DNA of 50,267 nt from a virus (Duplodnaviria; Caudoviricetes): the IMG/VR virus record IMGVR_UViG_3300025103_000026, positions 1 to 50,267 of that record; one strand, given 5' to 3'. Both the position numbers and the translations under genes were made by a program. Below the pieces are notes generated by a model. The model saw nothing but the letters and a program-made list of their open reading frames with translations. It was not told the origin of the DNA and made no database searches. Below, one piece after another: positions 1 to 9,062 of the stretch; the stretch's first letter is position 1; every line of letters starts with the position of its first letter.

Positions 1-6
1 CTGCCA

Positions 7-1728
7 TTATCTAGCTCCTTGCTGTTGTTGTTGTGCTTGCTGTTCACTCATTCTTGCTATTGCCATAAAAGCATCATCGTACTGAGCTTTAATCTTATCA
101 TGTTGAGCATTCAACCATTGATAATCAGTAGTTTGCTTTTTAAGCTTTGCATCATATTCTGATAACTTACCTTGAATTTCAGCTGTGAATGTTTGAACTT
201 CTGCACTATATTTTGAAAGCTTATTATTGTTTGAGGAATTGACCCCGTTTATTTCTGTAGAATATTTACTTATTCCGTTTTGAAAGTCTGTACTATTCTT
301 CGTTAAATCTTGTGTAAATCTTTGTAATTCACCTTGTACCTGAGCATTGAATTTTGACAAGTCATATCCAGTTTCTGCTTGATATGTTTGAGTAGCTTTT
401 GATATTTCCTGAGAGTACTCTTGAACTCCATTACCAACTCTTGCTGTTTCATTTTGAACATTAGCAGAGTATTCATTTAAAAGATTACTATAATCTGTAG
501 TATATCTTTGGAATGACCGATTCCATTCTTCGTTAGTCCATAGTTGTACAGCAGAATTAACTTCAGCTTGATAATGGGCTAGTTGTTGTGAAAATCTTTG
601 AAGTTTATTAGCTTCATGTTGTTGTTTAAGGTCTACATTTTTTATTACAGCTTGTAAAGTTGCTTGATATTTAACATTTTCTTCATTAAAATCTTGAACA
701 GAGTCTTGGACCTTAGCACCAAATTCTTGTATTTGGGCTGAAATAGCATTTAATCTTGTACCTGCCATTTCTGAATCTTCCTCTTCAGTAATCCATTTTT
801 CTACATCACTAAAGTTTGGAGCTACTGCTGGTCCATCGTATGTAGGAAGAGAACTGTTTAAACTATCTTGTGTTATACTACCTGTTGTGATTGCTATCTC
901 TTGCAGTTGAACATCTGGTATAGCCGGGGGGTTCGGCAAAGTTAATTCATCTATCGTTGCTAATGTCGGAGCTGCGAATACAGGCTTATTAAAAGCTGGA
1001 AAAGTTGGAACACTTGTAAAACTAATATCTGCATCTGCCGGGGCTTGAGGTAGAACAAAACCACCTGGAGCTATAAAACTCGGTAAAGATGTACTTATAG
1101 TATCAATCGTAATTTTTTGTGGTAATGCAGGTAAAGCAATATCAAATGGTAATAATCCACTCTTAGAAGCCATTTTTGATTTTAAAGATTGCATTGAAGC
1201 ATAAAGAACTACTAAATAAACTTTATCTTCTGGAAAATATTTAATAGTACTTGCACCCTGAGCTAAAGCAGCACCTGAATTATCTACAGGTGTACCATTA
1301 ATAAAATAAATTTTATAAGCATCTGGGTCTGAAGACGGAGTAGGATAAACATTTACTTTACCATCATCTTCTATAGTATAAGAAGGATTATATTTTGAAG
1401 TAAAATGAAGACTATCTGTATCAGTAACATTAGATTGTAGCCCTAATGGAATAAATCGACAATCTCTCCAATCATCATCAACACCAGCCTCTCTAACAAC
1501 AGTTAGTACTTTTCCTGAATCAGAGCTCAATGCTCCTTGAGATGTACCTTCTGAAGAACTCCTAACAAACATAAAAGCATCTTGTGATTTAAGTGCTATA
1601 GTCCTGTTGGTTACTTCTAATACACCATCTTTAAGGAACTGTGAAAGTTCATCTCGTGACGGGGATGTCGAGGCTGACCCTATACTAAGGTCTGTTAATC
1701 CATTTACTTGTGCTTCAAAATCTGCCAT
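7..1728 (-). CDS. Virion structural protein (neck/adaptor-like N-terminus, long coiled-coil C-terminus)
   Basis: 573-aa ORF downstream of the capsid genes. Pro-rich linker followed by a Q/N/Y-rich helical region. GAGG RBS. Function inferred from position. Confidence 0.5.
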   Translation of the reverse strand: MADFEAQVNGLTDLSIGSASTSPSRDELSQFLKDGVLEVTNRTIALKSQDAFMFVRSSSEGTSQGALSSDSGKVLTVVREAGVDDDWRDCRFIPLGLQSNVTDTDSLHFTSKYNPSYTIEDDGKVNVYPTPSSDPDAYKIYFINGTPVDNSGAALAQGASTIKYFPEDKVYLVVLYASMQSLKSKMASKSGLLPFDIALPALPQKITIDTISTSLPSFIAPGGFVLPQAPADADISFTSVPTFPAFNKPVFAAPTLATIDELTLPNPPAIPDVQLQEIAITTGSITQDSLNSSLPTYDGPAVAPNFSDVEKWITEEEDSEMAGTRLNAISAQIQEFGAKVQDSVQDFNEENVKYQATLQAVIKNVDLKQQHEANKLQRFSQQLAHYQAEVNSAVQLWTNEEWNRSFQRYTTDYSNLLNEYSANVQNETARVGNGVQEYSQEISKATQTYQAETGYDLSKFNAQVQGELQRFTQDLTKNSTDFQNGISKYSTEINGVNSSNNNKLSKYSAEVQTFTAEIQGKLSEYDAKLKKQTTDYQWLNAQHDKIKAQYDDAFMAIARMSEQQAQQQQQGAR

Positions 1729-1770
1729 TTACTTCCTCTCTAAGCTTGACATAAGCGTGAATGAGTTGTT

Positions 1771-1802
1771 ATTAAAGTAGCCCAAGAAGCATCTTGAGCT
1801 AC
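1771..1802 (-). terminator. Probable intrinsic terminator after the capsid/decoration genes
   Basis: Minus strand reads GTAGCTCAAGA-TGCT-TCTTGGGCTAC-TTTAAT, an 11-bp stem with one G-U pair and a short U tract. Confidence 0.55.
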
Positions 1803-1816
1803 CCTAAGTTATTTAT

Positions 1817-2254
1817 TTAAGCTAATGTAATACCACCATCTGCATTAGTTGCACCTTTTACATAGAAGTTAGTACCATCACAAAGGACTTCTATCCAGTC
1901 CCCTTTAACAGCAACACCATCTGCAAAAGAAATTGTAGTATGACCTGCATCAAATAGACCGTCAGTATTAGTATCGACTTCTAGTTCAACAATACCATTT
2001 GTTACAATAATATTTGTATCAGCAGAAGTTTTTTCAGTTATAATATAATCTGCACCAGAAGGAGCTGCTTTTACTATAAACTTACAATGCCAGCCTGCAC
2101 CAGCATCAGATACTGAAGGTAATGTTGTTGTAAACTCTGTTGCAGAATTTAAGAAGAATACTTTACCACTATCTCCTCTTCCAAGACTTGTAGTCTCAGT
2201 CAAATCCTGACAATATCCAGCCCAACTTGGAGTTGCTATTCCTAATTTAGCCAT
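1817..2254 (-). CDS. Putative head decoration / minor capsid protein
   Basis: 145 aa, beta-rich, with AGGAG RBS. Second gene after the MCP. Confidence 0.5.
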   Translation of the reverse strand: MAKLGIATPSWAGYCQDLTETTSLGRGDSGKVFFLNSATEFTTTLPSVSDAGAGWHCKFIVKAAPSGADYIITEKTSADTNIIVTNGIVELEVDTNTDGLFDAGHTTISFADGVAVKGDWIEVLCDGTNFYVKGATNADGGITLA

Positions 2255-2267
2255 AAGTTACTCCTTT

Positions 2268-2726
2268 CTATACTGCTTCTAAGTCAGACATCCAGACTAA
2301 TAAGCGAGCCTTGCCGGTTGCTGCAGATTTAGTAATAACCTTAGCCTGTATTACATTTGCAGAACTAAAGTATTTAGCAGATTGCTTTGAAGTGTCATCA
2401 TTCCCTTGAAAGATAACATTGTTAACTGTGCCTAAAAACCCAGCATTATGGTCTACATCGCTTAAGAAGAAATCATCATCCCCATCATAACCAATATTAA
2501 TATCGGTAGTTCCAGCAGTTCCACCAGCACCAACAGTAGTTACAAGGACTGCAACTCTTTCAACTAAAGTTCCAGCAGGTACAGTAACTGCACTTGCATT
2601 TAAGACCTGACTATTTTCAACAGCAGCATCATCATCACCAAACCCAAATTCCGGTCCTACCGTTAATTTAGGTGTATCAGATAATTTGCTATCAAAACTA
2701 TTTTGTCCGTACATTGGATTAGCCAT
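2268..2726 (-). CDS. Putative capsid cement/decoration protein
   Basis: 152 aa, immediately after the MCP, strong AGGAGG RBS, beta-rich (VPAGTLVERVAVLV...INIG). Confidence 0.55.
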   Translation of the reverse strand: MANPMYGQNSFDSKLSDTPKLTVGPEFGFGDDDAAVENSQVLNASAVTVPAGTLVERVAVLVTTVGAGGTAGTTDINIGYDGDDDFFLSDVDHNAGFLGTVNNVIFQGNDDTSKQSAKYFSSANVIQAKVITKSAATGKARLLVWMSDLEAV

Positions 2727-2738
2727 AATATACCTCCT

Positions 2739-4274
2739 TTAAGACCAGATAGCGTGGCATTCGGGCATTGACCACTCCATACCAGCTTCTGTTAAAATTA
2801 AATCAACTCTTCTATCTATACCTGTGTTTTCAAGTGTTTGCACACCAACATATACTGAGGTATCTCTGTTTACACCATTACCCACTAATGGTCTATAGCT
2901 ACAATACTTCATGTTAATACCAAGCATTTTAACATTAGTTCCATCTAAGTGAATATTTCTAACAACATTCATATCTCCAAAAGGAGTTGTGATGTTAGTA
3001 GTATCTAAGCCTAATACTTTCTTTCTACCTGTTATTGCTAAGTCAGCACTAAAGTTAGAGTTAATATTAAGGTTATTACTAAAGTATCCACCAAGTTTAT
3101 GTAACCAATTATAAACTGCTGTATTACAGAAGAATATAGTAGCTTTTGAATTATTATAACGAGGGTCTACATAGCTCGATAAGTCATCTAAGAAGTCATC
3201 AGCTGTCTTAGTTGCTGTTGATAAACTAAATGTATTACCATAACCTGTTATATAATCAATCGCACCCTGAGTATACTGAACATTAGAACCATCTGTATAC
3301 TGAGAACCGAATAATAATGATTGCTCAATATCGTATTTATGTTCAATAAGCTTATTCTGCCAAATTCTTGCCCATTCGTTTGGTTCATATTTCAGAACTG
3401 TAGCACGAGCAGTATTTGTCATAGCCATTGAAGTTTTCCAGATTTGAGTCATACCAGTATTAGTTGAGTATGGTTGGTCTTTCCAAGTTTCAGGATAACC
3501 AGAACCTTCAGCATGAGCTGAACCCATAACATGACATCTCATTGGCTCTAATTGGTCATGTATTCTTTGTGTTGAAGGAGTAACAGCTGTTCCAGCATCA
3601 TCAATATTAGCTGTAGTAGTTAAATATTGAGTTCCAGCCTTAACAACTGTACAATCCAGTTGAACCATATCAGGATTAGTAGAAGATGTAGCCGTAGCAT
3701 CATCTTGAGATGAAGCACCTGCTGCATATTCAGTTACGGTATTAACCTTAGCAATCATATATCCAGTCGGGTCTCCACCTGCCGATGAAGAAGTAGGTAT
3801 TTTAACAATTTGACCGGGTAAGAAAAACTTAGGCATTGTACCTGTAGCACCTATTGCAAAATCATTCGTAGTATTACCGAAGACATTTTGAATATTACCA
3901 GTATTTTTATAATCAGTAATCATTCTTAAACTTAAAGTATCACCTGCACCTGGAGCTGCACCTAAATCTGAAGTGGTAACCCAAGCACCTGCATTATCCT
4001 TAGCAGCACCTACATACGCATATCTCTTATGCCAAGAATCTCTTTTTTCTGCCCATTTAAACTGTGGGTCATCAGTTGGTTTTTTTGCGACTTTACTAAC
4101 GAATCTGAAAAACGGGTCTTGGGCTATTGAAAGCTCAGAAACCTTATTACCGAAATTATATTTACGCCTAATGTCACCAGTAAGTAAATCTGTACTCGTG
4201 CCCGGACCTCTACCATCAAAATCGGCAACAGTCAAATCAGTTTGTGGAGTTATCGCACTTAAATAATCAGCCAT
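2739..4274 (-). CDS. Major capsid protein (HK97 fold, SU10-MCP/DUF5309-like)
   Basis: 511 aa with motifs DPFFRFVS..FKWAEKR, TQIWKTSMAMTNTARA and EHKYDIEQSLLFG. Lies after portal and scaffold. Confidence 0.85.
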   Translation of the reverse strand: MADYLSAITPQTDLTVADFDGRGPGTSTDLLTGDIRRKYNFGNKVSELSIAQDPFFRFVSKVAKKPTDDPQFKWAEKRDSWHKRYAYVGAAKDNAGAWVTTSDLGAAPGAGDTLSLRMITDYKNTGNIQNVFGNTTNDFAIGATGTMPKFFLPGQIVKIPTSSSAGGDPTGYMIAKVNTVTEYAAGASSQDDATATSSTNPDMVQLDCTVVKAGTQYLTTTANIDDAGTAVTPSTQRIHDQLEPMRCHVMGSAHAEGSGYPETWKDQPYSTNTGMTQIWKTSMAMTNTARATVLKYEPNEWARIWQNKLIEHKYDIEQSLLFGSQYTDGSNVQYTQGAIDYITGYGNTFSLSTATKTADDFLDDLSSYVDPRYNNSKATIFFCNTAVYNWLHKLGGYFSNNLNINSNFSADLAITGRKKVLGLDTTNITTPFGDMNVVRNIHLDGTNVKMLGINMKYCSYRPLVGNGVNRDTSVYVGVQTLENTGIDRRVDLILTEAGMEWSMPECHAIWS

Positions 4275-4295
4275 ATTAACTGTCCTTTATTTTAT

Positions 4296-5198
4296 TTATT
4301 CAAACAAATTTTCCATAGTTACTGCTTTATCAACGCCTTTTACGACATCGAAGATAGCATCATCAGGACTCGCATCCTTTGCTACGCTATTAGCACTACT
4401 TACGGTATTCGGGTATTGACTTACATTCTTCATCTGATTCATAACCTGTCTTCTAGTACTGTCAGCGATATTACTCGCTTTCTGTCCCTCGGATACAATC
4501 TTATCTAAATGTCCATAGTCCATACCACCTGCAAGCGTATCATTAACCCTTCCCATCCAGCTATCAAATTGGTCTTGTGTCCAATTCTTTTCCTTCATGA
4601 ATGCTTGTTGCTTAGCCCTTGTTTCAGTCTGCTTTGCAGCTTCCTGCTGTTGCGTTTCGATTTCTTGAACTTTATTCTCTACAATATTATTAGCTACTGT
4701 AGTAATCCAATTATTCATAACCGAAGCAGATTGAGACTTAGGGTCATCCAATGCATCATCCATGTCAAAAACGAACTCTTTCTCAAGTCCAAATAACTCT
4801 CTTGGATTAGAAGCTTCGTTAGCCTTCTCTTTCCCAGAAAGATGGTTTAGTACAGCCTGAGCTGCACCGGGGTCATCCTTCATCACACCAATAAGTTCCG
4901 AGTATTTTTCATTATCTTTAACGATTTCTGAAAGTCTCTTTCCTTCAGTTGATGAATCTGAATAACGCTTCTTATATGGGTTTTCTTCTGACTCCCATAT
5001 GTCAGGTTGCTCTGCTTGTTGTTTGGGGTCTCCTTGGAGAGTTGCCAATGGTTGAGCTTGTTCAGCTACCACATCTGTGATAACCTCATCTACGATAGAG
5101 CCGTTCACCTGTTGCTCTAACTCATTAAAAAAATCACCGGGGTCAGAGTTTTCGACTGTTAAATCTTGTTCTGAGTTGTCCTGTATGTTTTCTTGCAT
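4296..5198 (-). CDS. Capsid scaffolding protein
   Basis: 300 aa, acidic N-terminus, coiled coil with YKKRYSDS, located between portal and MCP. Confidence 0.7.
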   Translation of the reverse strand: MQENIQDNSEQDLTVENSDPGDFFNELEQQVNGSIVDEVITDVVAEQAQPLATLQGDPKQQAEQPDIWESEENPYKKRYSDSSTEGKRLSEIVKDNEKYSELIGVMKDDPGAAQAVLNHLSGKEKANEASNPRELFGLEKEFVFDMDDALDDPKSQSASVMNNWITTVANNIVENKVQEIETQQQEAAKQTETRAKQQAFMKEKNWTQDQFDSWMGRVNDTLAGGMDYGHLDKIVSEGQKASNIADSTRRQVMNQMKNVSQYPNTVSSANSVAKDASPDDAIFDVVKGVDKAVTMENLFE

Positions 5199-5238
5199 GA
5201 TTGCCTTTCTATAGGTTTACAGCAGACTAAAATTATCC

Positions 5239-7497
5239 TTATTTAGTTGTAGCCTGCAAGTTATTTGTTTTTTGTGCTCTCATTTCTTTTTGTTGGTCTT
5301 TAAGAACACCATCCATTTCCTTAGTTATCCCCATTTGCCGAACCTTTTCTTCAGCAACTTGGGATTTAAGTTTTGTACTTGAATCTAATAAATTCTTTCG
5401 CATATCATGTTCAACAGACCGTTTAGCATCTTTAATACCAGCCTGTATAACTTGTCTTCTGAGAGTTTCATTATCTCCATTAAGACTTTTAATTTCTTTC
5501 TCTAAACCTTGTACCCGACCTTGAAGTTGAGAATACATAGACTTCCTTTGGGCAATTTTTTCCTTATCTCTAATGTCTGTCTCGGCAAGTACTGCCATAT
5601 CATCAACAACACCAAGCTGAAGAAGTTCTTTAAGTTCTCCAAGATAAGCCCATCTATTAACAGGAAGTCCTGTACCCGGAACAACTCTTACATCAAACTT
5701 AGCACTTGCATAATCATTATACATTCCAATTTCCTTGCCATAATCATTATAAAGCATTTTGTTTATTTCAACATCTTTATATTCATCTTGCTGTGCAATT
5801 GCATTTGGCTGTACGATTCTAAATACTTTATTAATTTTATAAGTAGCTTGAGCATAATCTCTTACAACTAAACCGAATTGTTGTAAAGCAGGGTGTATAG
5901 AGTTTGTAATCCATGCTTTTACTCTTCTTGTTCCATACTCATCATTAGCAAGCAAACCTCTATATGTTTCTGGTTGTGACGAGGTGTCTCCCTGCATAGA
6001 AGAATATATACCAGCTAGATGCTCAATATCCATTTTACCCCTATCTACTATATTAGCAAAAGCTGTAGATATAGGAGCTGGTTGAACAGCTGTTGGAGGG
6101 TCATATCCGTGATTAACAGGAAGTATTGCACCCGGAGCAGTAGCAAACTTTTCCCAATGGTCTTTATCTATAGAACCATCATAAGCTATCCACCTTAAAG
6201 AAGAACCTAATGATGCATTATGAATCATAAGTTGATGTGCTTTATTTAATTCTTTTTGCTTTCCTACTAGTGGAGAAACAACACTCATAGGGTATGGAGT
6301 ACCAGTATACTTGTAGTGTACAGGTATTATCGGATATTCTGTCCCCGGCAAATAACGCTCATATAAAAACTCACCACCTACACATACAGTTACCTTAACT
6401 TTATTATCATAAAACTTAATAGCCTCTACGAGATTATTTTTAAGTTCACCTTTCATAAGGATTTTAAATTCTTTTTCAGATACTACAGTTTGTTCAACCT
6501 TACCAGCTTCTTCCATTGCAGAACTAATACGATTCTGTCTTTCTTGTTGTAATTGCTGTTCTGCTTCTTGCTGTGCTTTTTGAACTTCTAAGTCATGCCT
6601 GCTTTGTATTATAACACCATCTTCAAGATTCTTACCAATAGCCATAATAGTCTCTTCAAGCTTAACTTGAGATTCTGCAATAAAAGATTGCATATCTTGG
6701 TCTATTTGCTGTGTTATAGCATCTATTTCTTCTTGAGTTGGTTGCATTTTATAAAAGACATTTCTATAAGCGACTTTAACCTTTTCATACATCTCATAGT
6801 AAGAAAGAATATCATCTCTCTCCCCGTCAGATTTCCAAGATTCACTTATATCATTATATTGAAAATCATTACCGTCTGATTTTTCCTGCCCTGATACATT
6901 ATATAAACCTTGTCCGGATGCCTTTTTTAATTTTGCAGAGAACTCTGGTAAGTCATTGAGAAGATGACTACGAAGTACTTGCTTATATATTAAAATATAA
7001 CCAGCATCCCTAAAGAGTAAATCTCTCGACTTAGGGTCTGGATACACATCAAAAGGCTCTATAGAGTCAAATACTACTTCTCCCATTCCATGGTCAGCAT
7101 TTGCATCTACCCGGACACGAAAATATCCGATACTTTTAGTTAAGCAATCAGTTACTATTTGATTATAAACAGCTGAACCTTTACTATTGTACCATATATA
7201 GTCTGCCATATCTGAATGTATAGCTGCTACTTTTGAATCACTACCTTCTGTTGCTACAGCTTGCCACTTAGGGTCTTTTTCTGTAACATAGTAGTTTAAC
7301 ATTTCTACAACAGGAATTATTCGATTTATTGTAAATGTAGGCATTCCTTGATTTTTTAAAGCTATTTCTTCATCTCGTGAGAGTTGATTATCAAGATAGA
7401 AATTATGCCCTTCTTGATTTTTATATTCCCATTCTTTGCGAGTATTTCCATTTAACTTATTAAATAGATGTTCTATCTTAGTTGCTCTTTTATCCAT
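5239..7497 (-). CDS. Portal protein (P22-like)
   Basis: Motifs FYLDNQLS, PTFTINRIIPVV and GKQKELNK with a C-terminal coiled coil. Follows TerL. Start placed at MDKR, overlapping the TerL stop. Confidence 0.88.
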   Translation of the reverse strand: MDKRATKIEHLFNKLNGNTRKEWEYKNQEGHNFYLDNQLSRDEEIALKNQGMPTFTINRIIPVVEMLNYYVTEKDPKWQAVATEGSDSKVAAIHSDMADYIWYNSKGSAVYNQIVTDCLTKSIGYFRVRVDANADHGMGEVVFDSIEPFDVYPDPKSRDLLFRDAGYILIYKQVLRSHLLNDLPEFSAKLKKASGQGLYNVSGQEKSDGNDFQYNDISESWKSDGERDDILSYYEMYEKVKVAYRNVFYKMQPTQEEIDAITQQIDQDMQSFIAESQVKLEETIMAIGKNLEDGVIIQSRHDLEVQKAQQEAEQQLQQERQNRISSAMEEAGKVEQTVVSEKEFKILMKGELKNNLVEAIKFYDNKVKVTVCVGGEFLYERYLPGTEYPIIPVHYKYTGTPYPMSVVSPLVGKQKELNKAHQLMIHNASLGSSLRWIAYDGSIDKDHWEKFATAPGAILPVNHGYDPPTAVQPAPISTAFANIVDRGKMDIEHLAGIYSSMQGDTSSQPETYRGLLANDEYGTRRVKAWITNSIHPALQQFGLVVRDYAQATYKINKVFRIVQPNAIAQQDEYKDVEINKMLYNDYGKEIGMYNDYASAKFDVRVVPGTGLPVNRWAYLGELKELLQLGVVDDMAVLAETDIRDKEKIAQRKSMYSQLQGRVQGLEKEIKSLNGDNETLRRQVIQAGIKDAKRSVEHDMRKNLLDSSTKLKSQVAEEKVRQMGITKEMDGVLKDQQKEMRAQKTNNLQATTK

Positions 7498-9062
7498 TAT
7501 GCAATCACCCAATTTTTAGGCATTTGTACGACCTTTCTATGAATACCTTTATGTGTTTCAAGTCCTGTCGGGGGTATAGAATACTTAACTGAATAAGCTA
7601 ATGCATCTATTGTATCATCATGTGCCATCCGTGGACCAAAAGTTATAATCTCATGTTGTAAGTCGTAATGTGTTTTTTTAATTTTTACTGCACCAATAGC
7701 CATCCTTTGTGCAAGGATTTCTTGGATACGGTCTCTTTTTGACATTCTTGTGCCGGGTTTTTCCTGCTTAACTTTTACGGTAAAATCGTTTCTACGCCTC
7801 ATCTCTGATATAATAGATTGGAATACTGGTCTTGACATTGTTGTATCCTCTATGACACTTAAACGGGGCTTAAATACAGAGTTCTGTTCAAATATATAAT
7901 CTACTATTCCTTTTTTATCCTCACCCGGTATAGCAAGAACAGGTAAACTTCTTTTACGAATATAATCTAAAACATAAATATTAGAATCCTCATCTATTGC
8001 TATAACAATTATAACACTAAAATCACTTTCCCTTCTTTCTGAATCTGTTGCCGGGTCTACTCCCATATATGTATTAACTGGTCTTTCCTGTCCATCAACC
8101 ACAATATAGTTCATTCCAGTATCTTCATCATGTTTAAAAGTTCCATCCCAATAGTTTATATGCCTCATATTAAAAATAGAATCTTCCTCAGACTGAACTT
8201 CCATCATATATTCTTGATAAAATTTATTTGCCTGTCCAGAATCAGCATAAAACTTCTTCTTTTCTTCAAGCTTAGATAATGGAAACCAACTATGCCATAA
8301 AGGTTGTCCATTCGGCTGAATTGCTTTATACATTAAAACTTCCCAGCTAAAATCTTCTTTATTTTTTTTAGCTCTTTCCGAATTAACAATAAGATTATTT
8401 ATAAAAGAATCAAAGTGTACAGGAGTACCGTTAATACGAAGCCTACCACCGTCAGGTTCTAATGCCGGATGTACAACTGCAGTTACCATATTTGCATTCT
8501 TAGAGCGACTATCAGCAGTTAGCGTATTATTTTCATCCTCAAAATCATCAAGAATAATAAGGTCATATCTTTTGTGAAGTTTAGCTCCACCACGAATACC
8601 AGATATATTTGATTTAGAAATAAGCTTGCAACCGTTAGAAAATTCAATATCCTGCTCTGTCCATTTTTTACCTTTTAAATCTCCAAAGTAGTATCTTATC
8701 ATATCATTCAGTTCAATATGAGTTTTAATATAATCCATATTGCCAGTCGCAAGCTTTTGAGTCGCAGATACCCAGCCATAAAATAGAGGTTCTCGTGCAA
8801 AACAAAAACTCCTCAGAATATCTGCCTTAGTCAATACTGTTTTTCCATGTCCTCTTGGTAGAATAATAGCAAGATTATTATATTTATAATTCTTGCCATC
8901 TCTTTCAGTCATCTTATCTGCCATCTTATAATGAAACCAAGGAGTATCTGAACGGTTAAAATCGTCTGGTAAAAACAACTTCCCGAAAGCAATTAAGTCA
9001 CGAGAAGCTAAAAGTAAAGCCTCTTCAGCTTTAGCTACATTTTGTGTATTATAGTTACTCAC
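7497..9062 (-). CDS. terL: Terminase large subunit
   Basis: Walker A PRGHGKT, Walker B LIILDDFE, coupling motif GTP, nuclease motifs GVDPA and HDDTIDA. Confidence 0.95.
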   Translation of the reverse strand: MSNYNTQNVAKAEEALLLASRDLIAFGKLFLPDDFNRSDTPWFHYKMADKMTERDGKNYKYNNLAIILPRGHGKTVLTKADILRSFCFAREPLFYGWVSATQKLATGNMDYIKTHIELNDMIRYYFGDLKGKKWTEQDIEFSNGCKLISKSNISGIRGGAKLHKRYDLIILDDFEDENNTLTADSRSKNANMVTAVVHPALEPDGGRLRINGTPVHFDSFINNLIVNSERAKKNKEDFSWEVLMYKAIQPNGQPLWHSWFPLSKLEEKKKFYADSGQANKFYQEYMMEVQSEEDSIFNMRHINYWDGTFKHDEDTGMNYIVVDGQERPVNTYMGVDPATDSERRESDFSVIIVIAIDEDSNIYVLDYIRKRSLPVLAIPGEDKKGIVDYIFEQNSVFKPRLSVIEDTTMSRPVFQSIISEMRRRNDFTVKVKQEKPGTRMSKRDRIQEILAQRMAIGAVKIKKTHYDLQHEIITFGPRMAHDDTIDALAYSVKYSIPPTGLETHKGIHRKVVQMPKNWVIA

